Origin: Squalus acanthias
Taxonomy: Eukaryota
NCBI GenBank assembly: GCA_030390025.1
Contig: CM059431.1
Span: 95,482,001 to 95,546,000 of the forward strand
DNA length: 64,000 nucleotides
Direction: 5' to 3'
Shown here: positions 26,811 through 39,229 of the stretch, piece by piece
Layout: the number at the start of each line of letters is the position of its first letter
How positions within the stretch are numbered: the stretch's first letter is position 1
Position numbers and translations under genes: made by a program
Notes under the pieces: generated by a model
Seen by the model: only the letters and a program-made list of their open reading frames with translations
Database searches by the model: none
Told to the model about the DNA's origin: nothing

Positions 26811-29475
26811 TAAAGCTCGAAATACATGCCCGCAGCCTCACATCGATTGGGTACTTTCAGTATACAGTGGTTTTCCTGTTCCACCTTCTCTAATGGATAT
26901 TTATTCATTGTGATTCATTTTTGGGTGTGCTGGACCCTCACTTAATTTTAGTGGCGTAGTCCCTTTGAGAGGAGTCACTTGTACAAATTCCTCTGAGGTT
27001 AGGCTTACCTAGCCCCATGGTTCTCAATTTTGCTTAATTCTGTATGTAGCTTTATAGTCATCATGCTAAAATCACATTTTCTCATTCTCTCCATGCCCCA
27101 GACAGCATTGGAAGCAACCCAAATAACCATTCCACTTTGAACGTGCCCATCATACCTTTATATTCTTTTAGTTCTTCCGACCTTCTGTCCATGTTATCAT
27201 TTGTTCTCACATGTAATGCTGCGACTGGTTCAATCACCTCGCCCTCATCAGTCCTCATTTCTAGATCCCTTGCCCTTGGCCCTGGAAAATAAAAAAAAGA
27301 TCCCATTAGTGTTATTCTCGCTGCACAATCCACATACCTCACTACTGAGCCCTCTATTACAAAGTCTTTTCCAGCTGGATCAAACCTTTCTATCATCTGT
27401 AACATTCCACCCTTAGATGCTACCATCTCATTTACTTTACTTGCCTTTTCTCTTCATTTCAGGTGTTAGTTTCTATCATCTTACACAACATTTGATATCT
27501 CAGCAACAGCAATACTTTCCCTTTGGTCTGGGGTACAGCAAATAAATACTATTGACTTGCTAAAGTGCATAATTTGTACAATATTTCTGCAATCTAGCAT
27601 GGCTCCAATCAACAGCCAGAAGTAGTCCTTGGGTGCTTTGACTTGAGGTGCTGAAAGAGGTCATATAATAGGTACTCCATGTTGACACAAATCAATCTTC
27701 CACCCAAGGGAGTAGTTCTCTGTTTAGCCCTTCCTCAGGTGAAGCAAGTATCAAACTGTTCTTGCCTCCAGTTTGTGAATTATACAAATGGAATGACTAG
27801 GCCTCTTGTAACCATAAGTGATAAGAGGATAGGAAATTAAAGGTGGAAACTGATGCCACGTTTTCTGTGACTTCTGTAGAAGTGCAGTTTACTTTTAGAC
27901 ACAAACAAAATGGCTTTTCTGAGAAAAGAATTTAAAAAAAGGGAATTCAAAATGGCTGACAGTAGGAGTCACCATAATAAGTAAATCATTCTAATTAGCT
28001 ACAAGGATGGGACAACTCAGAATTCCTTATCTAAGAAAAGCTTAGCAAAATAAGGCATCAATTAGTTCTAACCAGCTCAGGATGAGATAAGGTAAGCCAT
28101 CAACCCACAGATTAGAGAATGAACATTGAACAAAGGGATCCCACAAGGAAGGTCTGGTTATCTGATCTTTAAGGAATTTCTGCTCGTTATTATAACGAAA
28201 ACCTATGCAATAACTCACAAGTTTGTGCATCATTAATCAGGATGTTTAATGTTATGTCATATGGCCTGTTCTGTGTTCTTTTTTGTATAAAGTATGTTCA
28301 AATCTTGTAAGATTTGAAGCATTCTGACATAGCAACTTGACTGTGTCAGAACCTTCCCTTGTAACAAGTAAACTTTATTAAAAAGCCTTCTTTGACACGA
28401 TTCTATGTTTAAAAAGAGTTCTACTCGGCATGTAAAACTTCGACACTTCCACATCCACAGCATTAATTCTCGTTAAAGGGGAATACCGTGCAGAGAATTT
28501 TCAGTATAGGGTGTTCTCTCTTCTCTTTAACTTCCCCTATCTACAATTTCAGGAAGAATTCAGTATCATTATGCCTTGTTTCTGTTATGTGACCTCTCCA
28601 TAATAGAAGGGAGTGTCTGGCCAGCCTCAGTTGGACTGAAACCTGTATTTATTTCCTGAAAATATTGGGGTAGAAAATGGCATGTGTTGCACCCGTTTCT
28701 TCCAATCTGCATAGGCGGTGAACCCACTGATAAATTCATGGGGCCCATTTTTTAGGTGTCCCAGGCAGACACCTAAAACAGCTGTTAGGCCCTTTGATTA
28801 TGTAAATTAGAGGTCTGACACCTGTTGAAGGACCCAATCAAAATTAGTCAGTGATGAGCAGGGCAGGTGTCGGGCCACCAATGAAAAGCAAGTTGCAAAA
28901 ATATCTTCTTAAAAAAACAATTTCCTGTGGAGCCAGGAGGAGGAGGAGTGTTCCTAACTCCATAGACATCTCAGATAATCCACCACCCAACCCCCCTCCC
29001 CCACCAGGGATTGAACTCAAAGCTTCCTGGTCCATGTAGCTCAACTACCCACTGTATAAACTCACTAAAGCAGTAGTGGAGATTGAAATAATGCATTTTA
29101 AACATGTTGCAGTTTATTAGCTAAATATGAATGACACATTCAAATAATGGAACCTGCTTTGGTCTTCTACATAGGATAATGTGATTTGCTATGTTAAAAG
29201 TCATTGGGCTGGATTTTCCGCCTGGAGGCGGGACGGTGGCGGGTTTGCTCTTCAGCAGGTTCTGGTCCCGCTCCCGGTTGCAGCCGGCCTCCATTAAGGA
29301 TTTTCCCTTGATTGGCCTCATTAAGGCCGACGTGCGCGCTAGCCAGTCCAATCGGTGGGTGCGGGTCGGCTGCTCATGCTTGATGACGCATTAGGAGCCT
29401 GGATAATTAAGAGGGCCATGTCCCCTTTACTTTTCACTTGCTTTCTTCTGCTTCCGAATACTGGTTGCTACAAGC

Positions 29476-31342
29476 ATGGCAGCTTAACGATCCAAGGCTG
29501 CTCCCCGTTTTGATGATGACTCTCTCCATGCTCTTGTGGAGGGAGTAAGAGGATGAAAGGAGGTCCTCTTCCCCTCCGATGGACGGAGGAAGCCTCCTCA
29601 GCACACAAAGGCAGCCTGGCTGCAAATTACTGAGGAGGTAAGTGCAAGGTCATTGTGTACACGCACCTGGGTGCAGTGTAGAAAAAGGTTCAATGATCTG
29701 ATGCGCTCAGCATAAGTGAGTATAACATTACACTTACCTTCAGTCTGCTTCCCATCTCTTCTCATCCCCATCACTCTGCATTGGCAACCTACTCCTGCAC
29801 ATCCCAACTGACCCTAACATCCCTTGCACCCTCACCCATCCATCTCTCTATGTACAGAATCACTTCGCCATCCTACACCCCTCACACTCGCTCTCACTGT
29901 TCTGCAATGACAACAACTAACAACGCACAGGGAGGTACCTTGGTATTGGCACCTCACTCCATCTTTGTCTCCCTCTAAACATCTATGTTATCCATTCCGT
30001 ACACTAACTCCATCAATCTCGCTGAAACTCCACTTGTGTCCCTCATTACAGGAAAAGAGAGCCCACAATAAGAGAGAGAGAGAGAGAGAGGACAGGAGGA
30101 GGCCCACCATCCCTGGCGCATCTAACAAATGCTGAGGAGGCAGCTCTGGAGATCGTCGGAGGTGCAGCGGAGCTGGAAGTGGGGGACAGAGAGACGGGCA
30201 CAGTACAGCAAGCTGGTGACAGAATTGATTTGCAACCCTATTATTTTGCTTTCATGAGTGACTAATATGGCATCTGATGCTAATAGAAATTGAGTTATGA
30301 TCATCTGCACCTAAATATCACATGTCTATAACTCATGCCTTTACTCCCCCACAGGAACATCGAGAGCCCCCCTCCCCACTGTCAATGAGGAAGAGCCGGA
30401 CAACTCCTCAGAGGAACCTGCAGCCTCTGAGGGAGCAGCATCAGCAGAAATGATCACACCCAGCACCAGCGCAGAGACGCACACCTCGGTGGGTAGTTTA
30501 CGAGATAGAGTAGTGTTGTCACCTGGTGTATCTCAGCTCACAAGTGAGCATCAGCAGATGGTGGAGACAGGGACAGCAGTGGAGAGTCCTTGTCGGAGGC
30601 CACAGGACACTCCTAGCTCTGCTCAGCTGCATGTGGACCCTGTGCCTCTGGGGCCATCCAGAAAGAGAGCGGTGATGGAACTCCAGGAACAAGTGCAGGA
30701 GGCTCTGACTGGGTTTGCAACCACGGTAACTGCAGGTGTGTAGAGAATGGAGGAATTCATGTCAAACAAGAGCAATGCCATGGTGCACGCATTGGCGAAT
30801 GTAGGTTCCGCCATGGAAAGGATGGCAACCTCCATAGAGGACATAAATCGCCAGACTCAGGAGAACTTGGTAACACTTCTAAATAGATGGGCATCTATTG
30901 AGGAGTGAAACCAAAGGTTCATGGACATCCTTGTTATGAGGAATGTCAGCACAGAAATGGGTCCTCATGGCACCACTGATGTGCAGCAAGGTGCTCTCCA
31001 GCTACTAGCAGTGAAGTGTGGGTGACCCATGAGAGGAATGGTGGTGGTCGACAACAAGGAAGTGGGGGCTCCTCTCCAAGTGCTCACACTCCCATGCTAC
31101 TGCGGAGGCATCGGTCAGAGCCCCAGATGCCCTACCCAACTGAGATAGCTGTCTCTGCCCCTGCACAGCCGCAGGAGGAGCAGACTGTTGTGGAGCCCTC
31201 CAAGGCTTCCAAACTCAGAGGACGACCGCCAAAGGCGTCTAAACAGGCGCAGCAGGGAAGTGAACATGCTGCCTCTACATCTGCTGAAGCCACAGGGGAA
31301 GCACCATGTAGAAGCACGCGTAAGAGAAAGTTAAAACACAAA
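29476..31342 (+). pseudogene. Harbinger Myb/SANT-like protein gene; exons about 29476-29715, 30052-30215 and 30356-31342
   Basis: KAAPRFDDDSLHALVEGV..AWLQITEEVSA..RTWVQCRKRFNDL; GT/AG sites; in-frame stops; C-terminal RSTRKRK basic patch. Confidence 0.85.
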
Positions 31343-32235
31343 GGGGGAAAAATTCAGTATCGCCCCATTTGGGGCGCAATTATCGGCCGGGCGCAAAGAT
31401 TAGCGCCTGCCGCTAATTATCGCCTCCGACTGCAAACTTGGCTTTTATTGCCCCTGGAGGTGATTGGAGCGCTAAATCAGGCGCATCACACCTGTCTGAA
31501 GGCGCAAAGGCCAAGGAGCGAGGCGCTACCTCAGAGCACTGGCGAAGCTCATGTGATGTCAGTCAGCATTGGACCAAAGACACAATGGCGCCGGCCAGTT
31601 CTTAAAGGGAAGGATTGATCTTGCTCTCCATCCACATCCTGCTCATTGCAGCCTTGAATCTCGGCCTGGAGGAACCTGTACATCAAATCTGCTGGAAAGA
31701 ACAATGGAGAGTCCCAGGGAAAGAGCTCAGAGTGCAGCCCCCACAGTCTCTTCTAAATAAATGCAAGGAAGGGCAAATCAAAATGAACCTGCAAAGTGCT
31801 GCTCAGTACCCAAAACTCCTTCGCACAGCGTTGAATCTCTCCAGAAGTCTCTCTCTCTCTCTCTCAGAATGCGTGGTGCAAAAATCTCACCAACAAAAGA
31901 AGGCAGGAAGCGGTCGCCTTTAAATAGCGCTCCCCCAGTCCCTTCCTGACTGCAAAACGCTCCCCTCAACCTGTTGTTGCTAGCGGCAGGCGGTAAGGCA
32001 GGGGGCGCCACTCAATATCCACTCTGGGGCGCTACCGGGGCGTTGCGCACTCGACTGACGTCACGATCTGCCGGCGCAGGAGATCGTGGTGGTAGTGTTT
32101 AGCGCTGCCGCAAAATGTCTAGTTAATTTCGCGAGCGGCGCAAACATTGCCACGCCCGGGCGCTAGTTACTTTGCGCCCCATTAGCGCCCTCTTAAGGTG
32201 CTAATGGGAGGCGCAACCAACTGAATTTTTCCCCC
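31343..32235. mobile_element. MITE family M1, second copy, inverted relative to 21697-22591
   Basis: Perfect TIR GGGGGAAAAATTCAG; TSD AAA. Confidence 0.93.
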
Positions 32236-32527
32236 AAATAGCCACAAGGGTAGTCACTTAAGTGATTTCATAGTATACCAATTTACGTTTGTGATGTTTA
32301 TTTCTAGTATATTAAAGTAATGCGATGTCAATGATTCAATGCGTTGCCCTATGTGTGCTCAGAATTGGAAGTGTCACAGTGATGGGTGAGGGCGCCTTTC
32401 ATCTGCAGTGATGGTGGGGACAGTGATAGGAATGCATAGTTCATTGTTCAGATGCTGCATTGTGTGGAATGGAGGTCCTGCCAACCCTCATGTGCATGTG
32501 CCAGCCACATGTATGTACAGCGTAAAG

Positions 32528-33795
32528 TTACACGAATCTGGCATGGAATAGTCCATCCCTTGCCTGACGGCCAGTAATGAGGTCGCGTGCTGGTAGCACT
32601 GGGACAGCCGCCTCCGCCAGGTGTTCCTCATCGACCGTCTCATTCGACTCTTCCTCCGGCTGCTCCTCCTCCTCTGAGGAGGAGGAGGTTGTGCGCTGAG
32701 CCACTTGTTCCTCAGGTAGCGGTAAGCCACGCTGCAGTGCGATGTGCAGTGCACAGCAGACCACGATGATTCTGGACAACCTGGCTGGTGCATACTGTAG
32801 GGCTCCACTAGATCTGTCCAGGCATCTGAAGCGCATTTTGAGCAAGCCTATGGTTTGCTCTATGATGCTTCTGGTGGAAATGTGGCTATCATTGTAATGC
32901 TCCTCAACTTCATTTGATGGCCTCCTCATTGGTGTCATTAGCCACGTCTTCAGGGGATAGCGCTTGTCTTCAAGTAGCCATCCGGAGAGTTGGGTTGGCG
33001 GATTGAAGAGCTGAGGCACAGTGGACTGTCACAGGATGTACGAGTCATGGCAGCTGCAAGGGAACTTTGCGCACACATGCATAATGTTCTTCCTGTGGTT
33101 ACACACCAGCTGCACTTTAAGGGAGTAGAAGCCCTTGCAGTTCACAAATACAGCTGGGTTGTGATGGGGTGCCCTGATGGCCACATGTCTGCAGTCGATG
33201 ACACCCTGCACCCTTGGGAAGCCTGCCATATTGGCAAACAAACTGCCCGCGCGGTGACACTTGCTTCATCCGTTGAGAAGTGGATGTAATTATCCGACTT
33301 GCCAAACAGGGCATCAGTAACCTGCGCTATGCATTTGTGGGCGGCCGACTGGGAGATGCTGCTGATGTTTGATGCTGATCCCTGGAAGGAGCCTGAAGCA
33401 AAAAAGTTGAGGGCGGTGGTGACTTTGACAGCCACTGGTAAGGAGTGTCCACACACTCCTCTGGGCTCCAGGTGTTGGTGCAGCATTGCGCAGATGTCTG
33501 TGACTACCTCTCGCGAAAGTCTCAGCCTCCTTTGGCACTGCTGCTCAGTCATGTTGAGGAAGCTCATCCTCGGCCTGTAAACCCTGTGTTGGGGGTATCT
33601 CCTGCGTCGAGGTGCAGCCCTGCGCTGATGCCTTCTGCCCTGTGCAGCATCAGGTGGCTCAGGAGAGGTTGGTGCTCTTGTTGTCGGTGCTGCTGGTGTG
33701 CCTGGTTCTGCTGCTGCTGCGCTGCTCGTCCTCCGAATCTGAGGACCAGGATGAGAGAATATAAATGGTTCCCATTCTGCTGGTGAAAATGTCAC
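32528..33795 (-). pseudogene. Harbinger (HARBI1-like) DDE transposase, frameshifted
   Basis: [86 protein letters not shown]. Confidence 0.93.
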
Positions 33796-34600
33796 TTGAG
33801 GATGAAATGTTATAAGCGCTCAGTCAAAGTAGATCTCACAACACACACTTACAACCTCAATACACCTCAAAAATGTCTTCAACATCCTGCAATCAGAAAG
33901 TTCTGGCTTTTGAAATTGAACTGATGTGGCAGGTTAGCTTTAATGCTGCAGTTGCAGCTGTCAACTATTCAGCTTGTTGGAACACCCGACACAATCAACT
34001 GCCATGTTTCTGGAACACCGTAGAACACGCTGAAAATGTTGCAAAATTGAAAAGCCCTCTCAAAATAGCATTAAACAGGTAGTTAACAATTAACTACCTT
34101 AACTGCCTCTTCCTGCCTCTTGGTGTCGGGTCTGATCAGGAGTTGCAGACCCGACATTTTGGAAAGTCGCGTGGAGGTGGGTTTGCGGCCGGTTCGCAAC
34201 CCACCGTCAATCATCTTGGATTTAACTCCTGACCCGCCTCCAAACCCGCCCTCTGAGCGCCGGCAAAATCGCGGCCATTGTGTCACACGAATTTTCATCA
34301 TTACTATTGTAGAGCTTTACAAATAAGCATTCATTTTTAGCATAGAATACTGCTGTCCAATTGTTACACCAGCATACTGTTAATATTCAATCTGCAATGC
34401 CTAGACATGTTGAAGAGCTTAGCTACTCCAAGGAATTAGCTTTGTCACATCTAGTGCCTGTTGTATGATCTACTGCAATTCCTGTACTGCATTTATTATT
34501 CAAACCAGGCCCAGTGTCTCCACATATACAATAACATTTGTATAATTATTTATCCTATAAAGCAACCACTTTAAAATATTGATCACCATTCTGATACATT

Positions 34601-35344
34601 GGCCCAGAAATTGATCTCGCTCTGTTCCCGCGGGGGTAAGCCTTCCCCGCGATGTCTCACCTCGCTTGTGCTTTTTCAGATCCAGCTCGCACGAACTTGA
34701 TGTTCCAGACATCAGCTGTGCTGGGCTTGCGTATCCCAGCGGCGTAGTGAATTCGTGCGAGCTGTGGGATCACGTGACTCAGTTAGAGCCAATGGCAGCA
34801 CACCATCTTCCATTCATAAGTTTCACAGACCTGCTGTGAAATCTATGAATCTTACACCCCCCCAAAATAACAGCTAAACCTCAATTAAATTTAAAAAAAA
34901 AACCATCACATTAATAAAATAAGTATAGTTAATTAAATTAACCATTTTAAATAAAAAATTAAATTTTTGAAAAAATTTAAAATCTTTTAAAAAGTTATAA
35001 AAATAAACTTACCTGTCTTTAAAGTCTCTAAAAAAGATATACCTGTAAAAAAAAATTCAAAAAAATACTTAATTCACTACTTACCTTCTTAAAAGCGGGT
35101 CTTACTCCTCCTTTTTACATTTCCAAAATCTTCCCTACTTACCTGCGCGTCCAAAGCATGAAGTGCACAGCGTGCGCGCAGCCTGTAGCGCGCACGCGAT
35201 GCACCCAGGACCCGCCCCCTTTTCAGAAGAGCAATTGCCGGTTTTCAGCGCATGCGCAGGGCATGCAGAAAACCGGCAATTGGAGTGGGAATACGCGAGA
35301 GTACGCAGTGCGTACTCTCGCGTCCCGGGATCAATTTTCGGCCC
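34601..35344. mobile_element. Harbinger-type MITE family M2
   Basis: TIR GGCCCAGAAATT / AATTTTCGGCCC; TSD ATT; colinear with 13766-14466. Confidence 0.88.
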
Positions 35345-35397
35345 ATTATCATTCTCTTTGATGCAGAAACGTTTATTATTTTCAGTGCTTTAGTGAC

Positions 35398-35502
35398 TTG
35401 CATCAGGTGTCCTATATTTGCATCAGGTGTCCTATATTTGCATCAGGTGTCCTATATTTGCATCAGGTGTCCTATATTTGCATCAGGTGTCCTATATTTG
35501 CA
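35398..35502. repeat. 20-bp tandem repeat, 5 perfect copies
   Basis: (CATCAGGTGTCCTATATTTG)x5 at 35401-35500. Confidence 0.97.
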
Positions 35503-37691
35503 AGTGTCCTTATTTTCAAAATGGTCATTGTATGTACAGTAAACCAGATGAACGAAATATCCTGGGATTGACTGTATCTCCTGTAGTGTTCCTTATTTTT
35601 TTTGCCCTCACCTGGATCATGCCTAATTTTGGAGCCATGACAGAGGGATGTGATTTCAGTTCATTTTCTGTTCCTTGAGTTTCCCAATTCATTACCATCC
35701 TTTTCCATTGAGGTAGGGATGTCCTTGATCCTGGGATCTGTTACGTTGGCAACATGCAGAGGACAAGGTGGCTGCTGTAGAGCCAGAATACCTGGGAGAT
35801 CCCAGCCAAATTGGGGGGATTAATGTCCTGCAGACCCCTGTCCAGGACCCTCTCCTTCCGTGTGCTGCAGCTGCTAATGTTTGAAGTAGGTAGGTTTTGG
35901 GGTAGGTAGGGGGCTGTCAGAAGCTCATCAGTACCTGACGTACTGGTGGAGTGAGATGTCTTGGGTTGCCAACTCTGGTTGGAGGCATTCCTTGAGGTTT
36001 GATCACATGATATTCTGACCACATGACTTCTGACCACATACCATCTGACCATAGAGTCATTATGGCAGAAGGAGGCCATACGGCCCATCAAGTCCATGCC
36101 GGCTTTCTGTAGAGCAATCCAGTCAGTCTCAATCCCCCGCTCTATCCCCGTAGCCCTGCAAGTTTATTTCCCTCAAGTGCCTATCCAATTTTCTTTTGAA
36201 AACATTGAGTGTCTCCGCTTCCACCACTTCTGTCGGCAGTGAGTTCCAGGTCATTATCACTTGCTGCATAAAAAAGTTCTTCCTCACATCCCCCCTGTAT
36301 TTCTTGCCCAAAACCTTAAATCTGTGTTCCCTAGTACTTGTACCATCAGCTAATGGGAACAGCCTTTCTCTGTCTACCTTATCCAAACCTGTCATAATCT
36401 TGTACGACTCTATCAAATTTCCCCTCAACCTCCTTTACTCCACGGAGAACAACCCCAGCTTCACCAACCTAACCTTGTAGCTAAAATCCCTCATCCCTGG
36501 AATCATTCTGGTAAATCTCCTCTGCACCCTCTCAAGGACCTTCACATCCTTCCTAAAGTGTGGTGACCAGAACTGGATGCAATATTCTAGTTGTGGCCTA
36601 ACCAGCGCTTTATAAAGGTTCAGCATAACTTCCCTGCTTTTGTACTCAACACCTCTATTTATGAAGCCCAAGATCCCATATGCTTTGCTAACTACTCTCT
36701 CAATATGTCCCGCCACCTTCAAAGATCTATGCACATGAACTCCCAGGTCCCTCTGTCCCTGCACACTCTTTAGAACTGTGCCATTAAGTTTATATTGCCT
36801 CTCCCTATCCCTTCTGCCAAAATGCATCACCTCACACTTCTCTGTATTAAATTCCATCTGCCACTTGTCTGCCCGTTCTGCTAGCCTTTCTATGTCCTAT
36901 TGCAGTCGATTGGTATCATCCTCACTGTTTGCCACACCTCCAAGTTTGGTATCATCGGCAAACTTTGAAATTTTACTCTGTATTCCAATATTCAAGTCAT
37001 TTATATATATCAAAAAAAGCAGTGGTCCTAGCACTGACCATCCACCAGTCTGAAAAACAACCATTTGCCACGACTCGCTGTTTTCTGTCCTTATGCCAAT
37101 TTCTTATTCAAGCTGCCACTGACCCTCCTATTCCATGAGCCTCAATTTTGTTAACCAGCCTTTTATGTAGTACTTTGTCAAACACTTTCTCAAAATCCAT
37201 ATAGACAACATCCATTGCATTCCCTTCATCAACCTTCTCTGTTACTTCATCAAAAAATTCAATTAGGTTAGTCAAACACGATCTGCCTTTTACAAATCCG
37301 TGCTGACTCTCCTTAATTCTCTCCAAGTGCCTATTTAATTTTTTCCCTGTTTATTGTTTCTAAAACCTTACCAACCACTGATGTTAAACTGACTAGCCTG
37401 TAGTTACTAGGACTGTCCTTACACACTTTCTTGAGCAATGGTCTCACATTTGCCACTTTCCAATCCTCTGGCACCTCCCCCGTATCTAGGGAAGATTGGA
37501 AGATTATGGCAAGCCTTTCTGCTTTCTCCACCCCCACTTCCCTTAGCAACCTGGGTGCAAGCCATCCGGACCAGGCGACTTATCCACTCTAAGCATACCC
37601 AGCCTGTCCAGTACATCTCGCCTATCAATTTTCAACCCATGCATTACCTCTACCATCTCCACTTCTACCGATATTTCGTCAGCATCCTCTT

Positions 37692-37831
37692 ATCATAGAA
37701 AGTTACAGCACGGAAGGAGGCCATTTTGGCCCATCGTTTCCGCGCCGGAAATCAAATGGCCCGTATGGGGATTGAACCCGCGATTTTGGCGTCATTAGCA
37801 CCACGCTCTAACCAACTGAGCTAACCGGCCT
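37692..37831 (-). mobile_element. tRNA-Ile head plus CR1 3' tail retroposon (minimal SINE)
   Basis: TSD TCCTCTT at 37685-37691 and 37832-37838; tail gatgggccaaaatggcctccttccgtgctgtaactttctatga. Confidence 0.8.
37757..37830 (-). tRNA. tRNA-Ile(AAT), probable pseudogene
   Basis: GGCCGGTTAGCTCAGTTGGTTAGAGCGTGGTGCTAATGACGCCAAAATCGCGGGTTCAATCCCCATACGGGCCA; 74 nt, a few G>A/A>G changes relative to canonical vertebrate tRNA-Ile-AAT. Confidence 0.88.
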
Positions 37832-38054
37832 TCCTCTTCTTTGGTAAACACCGATACAAAGTACTCATTAAGTATTCCAGCATTGCCCTGCGCCTCTAAG
37901 CATATATCAACTTCTTTGTCCCTAATAGGCCCCGCCCCACCTCTTACTAGCCGCTTACTATTTACATGCTGGTAGAAGATTTTTGGGTTCCCTTTTACGT
38001 CACATGGCACCTGATCATGAGCCTCATTCTCCTGTCTTTCCATTTCTCCTCGAG

Positions 38055-38550
38055 CCACCAGTCCCCAGTCTCCCTCTCTCCCAAACCCCCATTCCTGAGT
38101 CTCCCTCTCTCCCCAGACCCCATTCCCAGTCTCCATCTTTCCTCAACCCCCATTCCTGAGTCTCCCTCTTTCCCCAGCCCCCATTCCCAGTCTCCATCTT
38201 TCCTCAGCCCCCATTCCTGAGTCTCCCTCTCTCCCCAGACCCCATTCCCAGTCTCCATCTTTCCTCAGCCCCCATTCCTGAGTCTCCCTCTTTCCCCAGC
38301 CCCCATTCCCAGTCTCCATCTTTCCTCAACCCCCATTCCCCAGTTGACATCTCTCCCCGAATCCTGAGGCCCCCCATTGCTGATTCCTGAGCTCCCCTGA
38401 CTCCTGAGACTCCTGATTGCCAACTTCTGAGCATCCGATTCTTGAGGCCCCCCGATTCCTGACTCCTGAGGCCCCCTTATTCCCAAGGCGGCCTGATTCC
38501 CGACTCCTGAGCTCCCTTCAATTCCCGTGCTCCTCCTGATTCCTGACTCT
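38055..38550. repeat. Pyrimidine-rich minisatellite (about 59-bp dimeric unit) grading into ctcctgag repeats
   Basis: Repeated ccccattcctgagtctccctct.. / ccccattcccagtctccatctttcctca. Confidence 0.9.
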
Positions 38551-38739
38551 CAATTGTTCCTGACACCAGTGCTTGGGCAGCTCATTATTCCCCAGAATCC
38601 CAAACAGCTGGTCTCGGCTCTCTGCAGTGGTGGGGGTGATATTACTGGGCTGGAGTCAGGAAGTTCCACAGTGGAGCCCAGTGCAACGGGCAACTGAATG
38701 TAAACTGAAGGTAATGTAGAATGGAGAGTTCTTTTGTTT

Positions 38740-39045
38740 CTTACTTGTCCCATTACCATCTCCTTTTGCTTTGTACAATCATACTTTTTGTCATTTAATC
38801 TCTCCTGCCTTCCACCCTATCACAGACCTTCCCTTTTGTTCTTTCCTCCCCTCCCCCCTTTCCCTGCCCCTGCACTTGCTTAAAACCTGTTACATCTCTA
38901 ACTTTTTCCAGTTCTGACAAAGGGTCATAGACCTGAAACGTTAACTCTGTTTCTCTCTCCACAGATGCTGCCTGACCTGCTGAGTATTTCCAGCATTTTC
39001 TGTTTTTATTTCAGATTTCCAGCTTCGGCAGTATTTTGCTTTTCT
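38740..39045 (+). mobile_element. Penelope-type terminal repeat (family B)
   Basis: Pyrimidine-rich leader, hammerhead motif and tail shared with 52399-52547. Confidence 0.7.
38910..38946 (+). ncRNA. Minimal hammerhead motif, family B (G8>A variant)
   Basis: AGTT-CTGACAA-A-GGGTC-ATA-GACCT-GAAA-CGTT-AACT. Confidence 0.6.
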
Positions 39046-39229
39046 ATGGAGAGTTCTTTACCCACCATCCATAGCAGCAGAAAAATCCCTCTATCCTTGT
39101 GAGAGCCGTGCAACCATTCAATCGCAGAGATAAAGTGGTTTATTTGCCGCTATGGATGCAGGGTAAAGAGATCTCCAGCCCAATGTTGTGCCCATTTTGC
39201 CAATGACAAGTTACACCCAAGTGTCCTCC

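Larger units (their letters stand above)
29206..34276. mobile_element. Near-complete two-gene PIF/Harbinger transposon (element B), decayed
   Basis: Imperfect TIRs GGGCTGGATTTT / AAAATCGCGGCC; TSD ATT; convergent Myb/SANT (+) and DDE transposase (-) genes. Confidence 0.92.
36050..38000 (-). mobile_element. Truncated CR1 LINE
   Basis: Minus ORFs 36129-37549 with RT motifs. Confidence 0.92.

Noticed and set aside
32528..33795. Domesticated HARBI1 gene
   Set aside because: Frameshifted and enclosed by TIRs and a TSD, so a transposon copy.
35398..35502. CRISPR-like array
   Set aside because: Contiguous identical units with no spacers, no cas genes, eukaryotic context.
37757..37830. Functional tRNA gene
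   Set aside because: Substitutions at conserved positions, an attached LINE tail and a TSD indicate a retrocopy.
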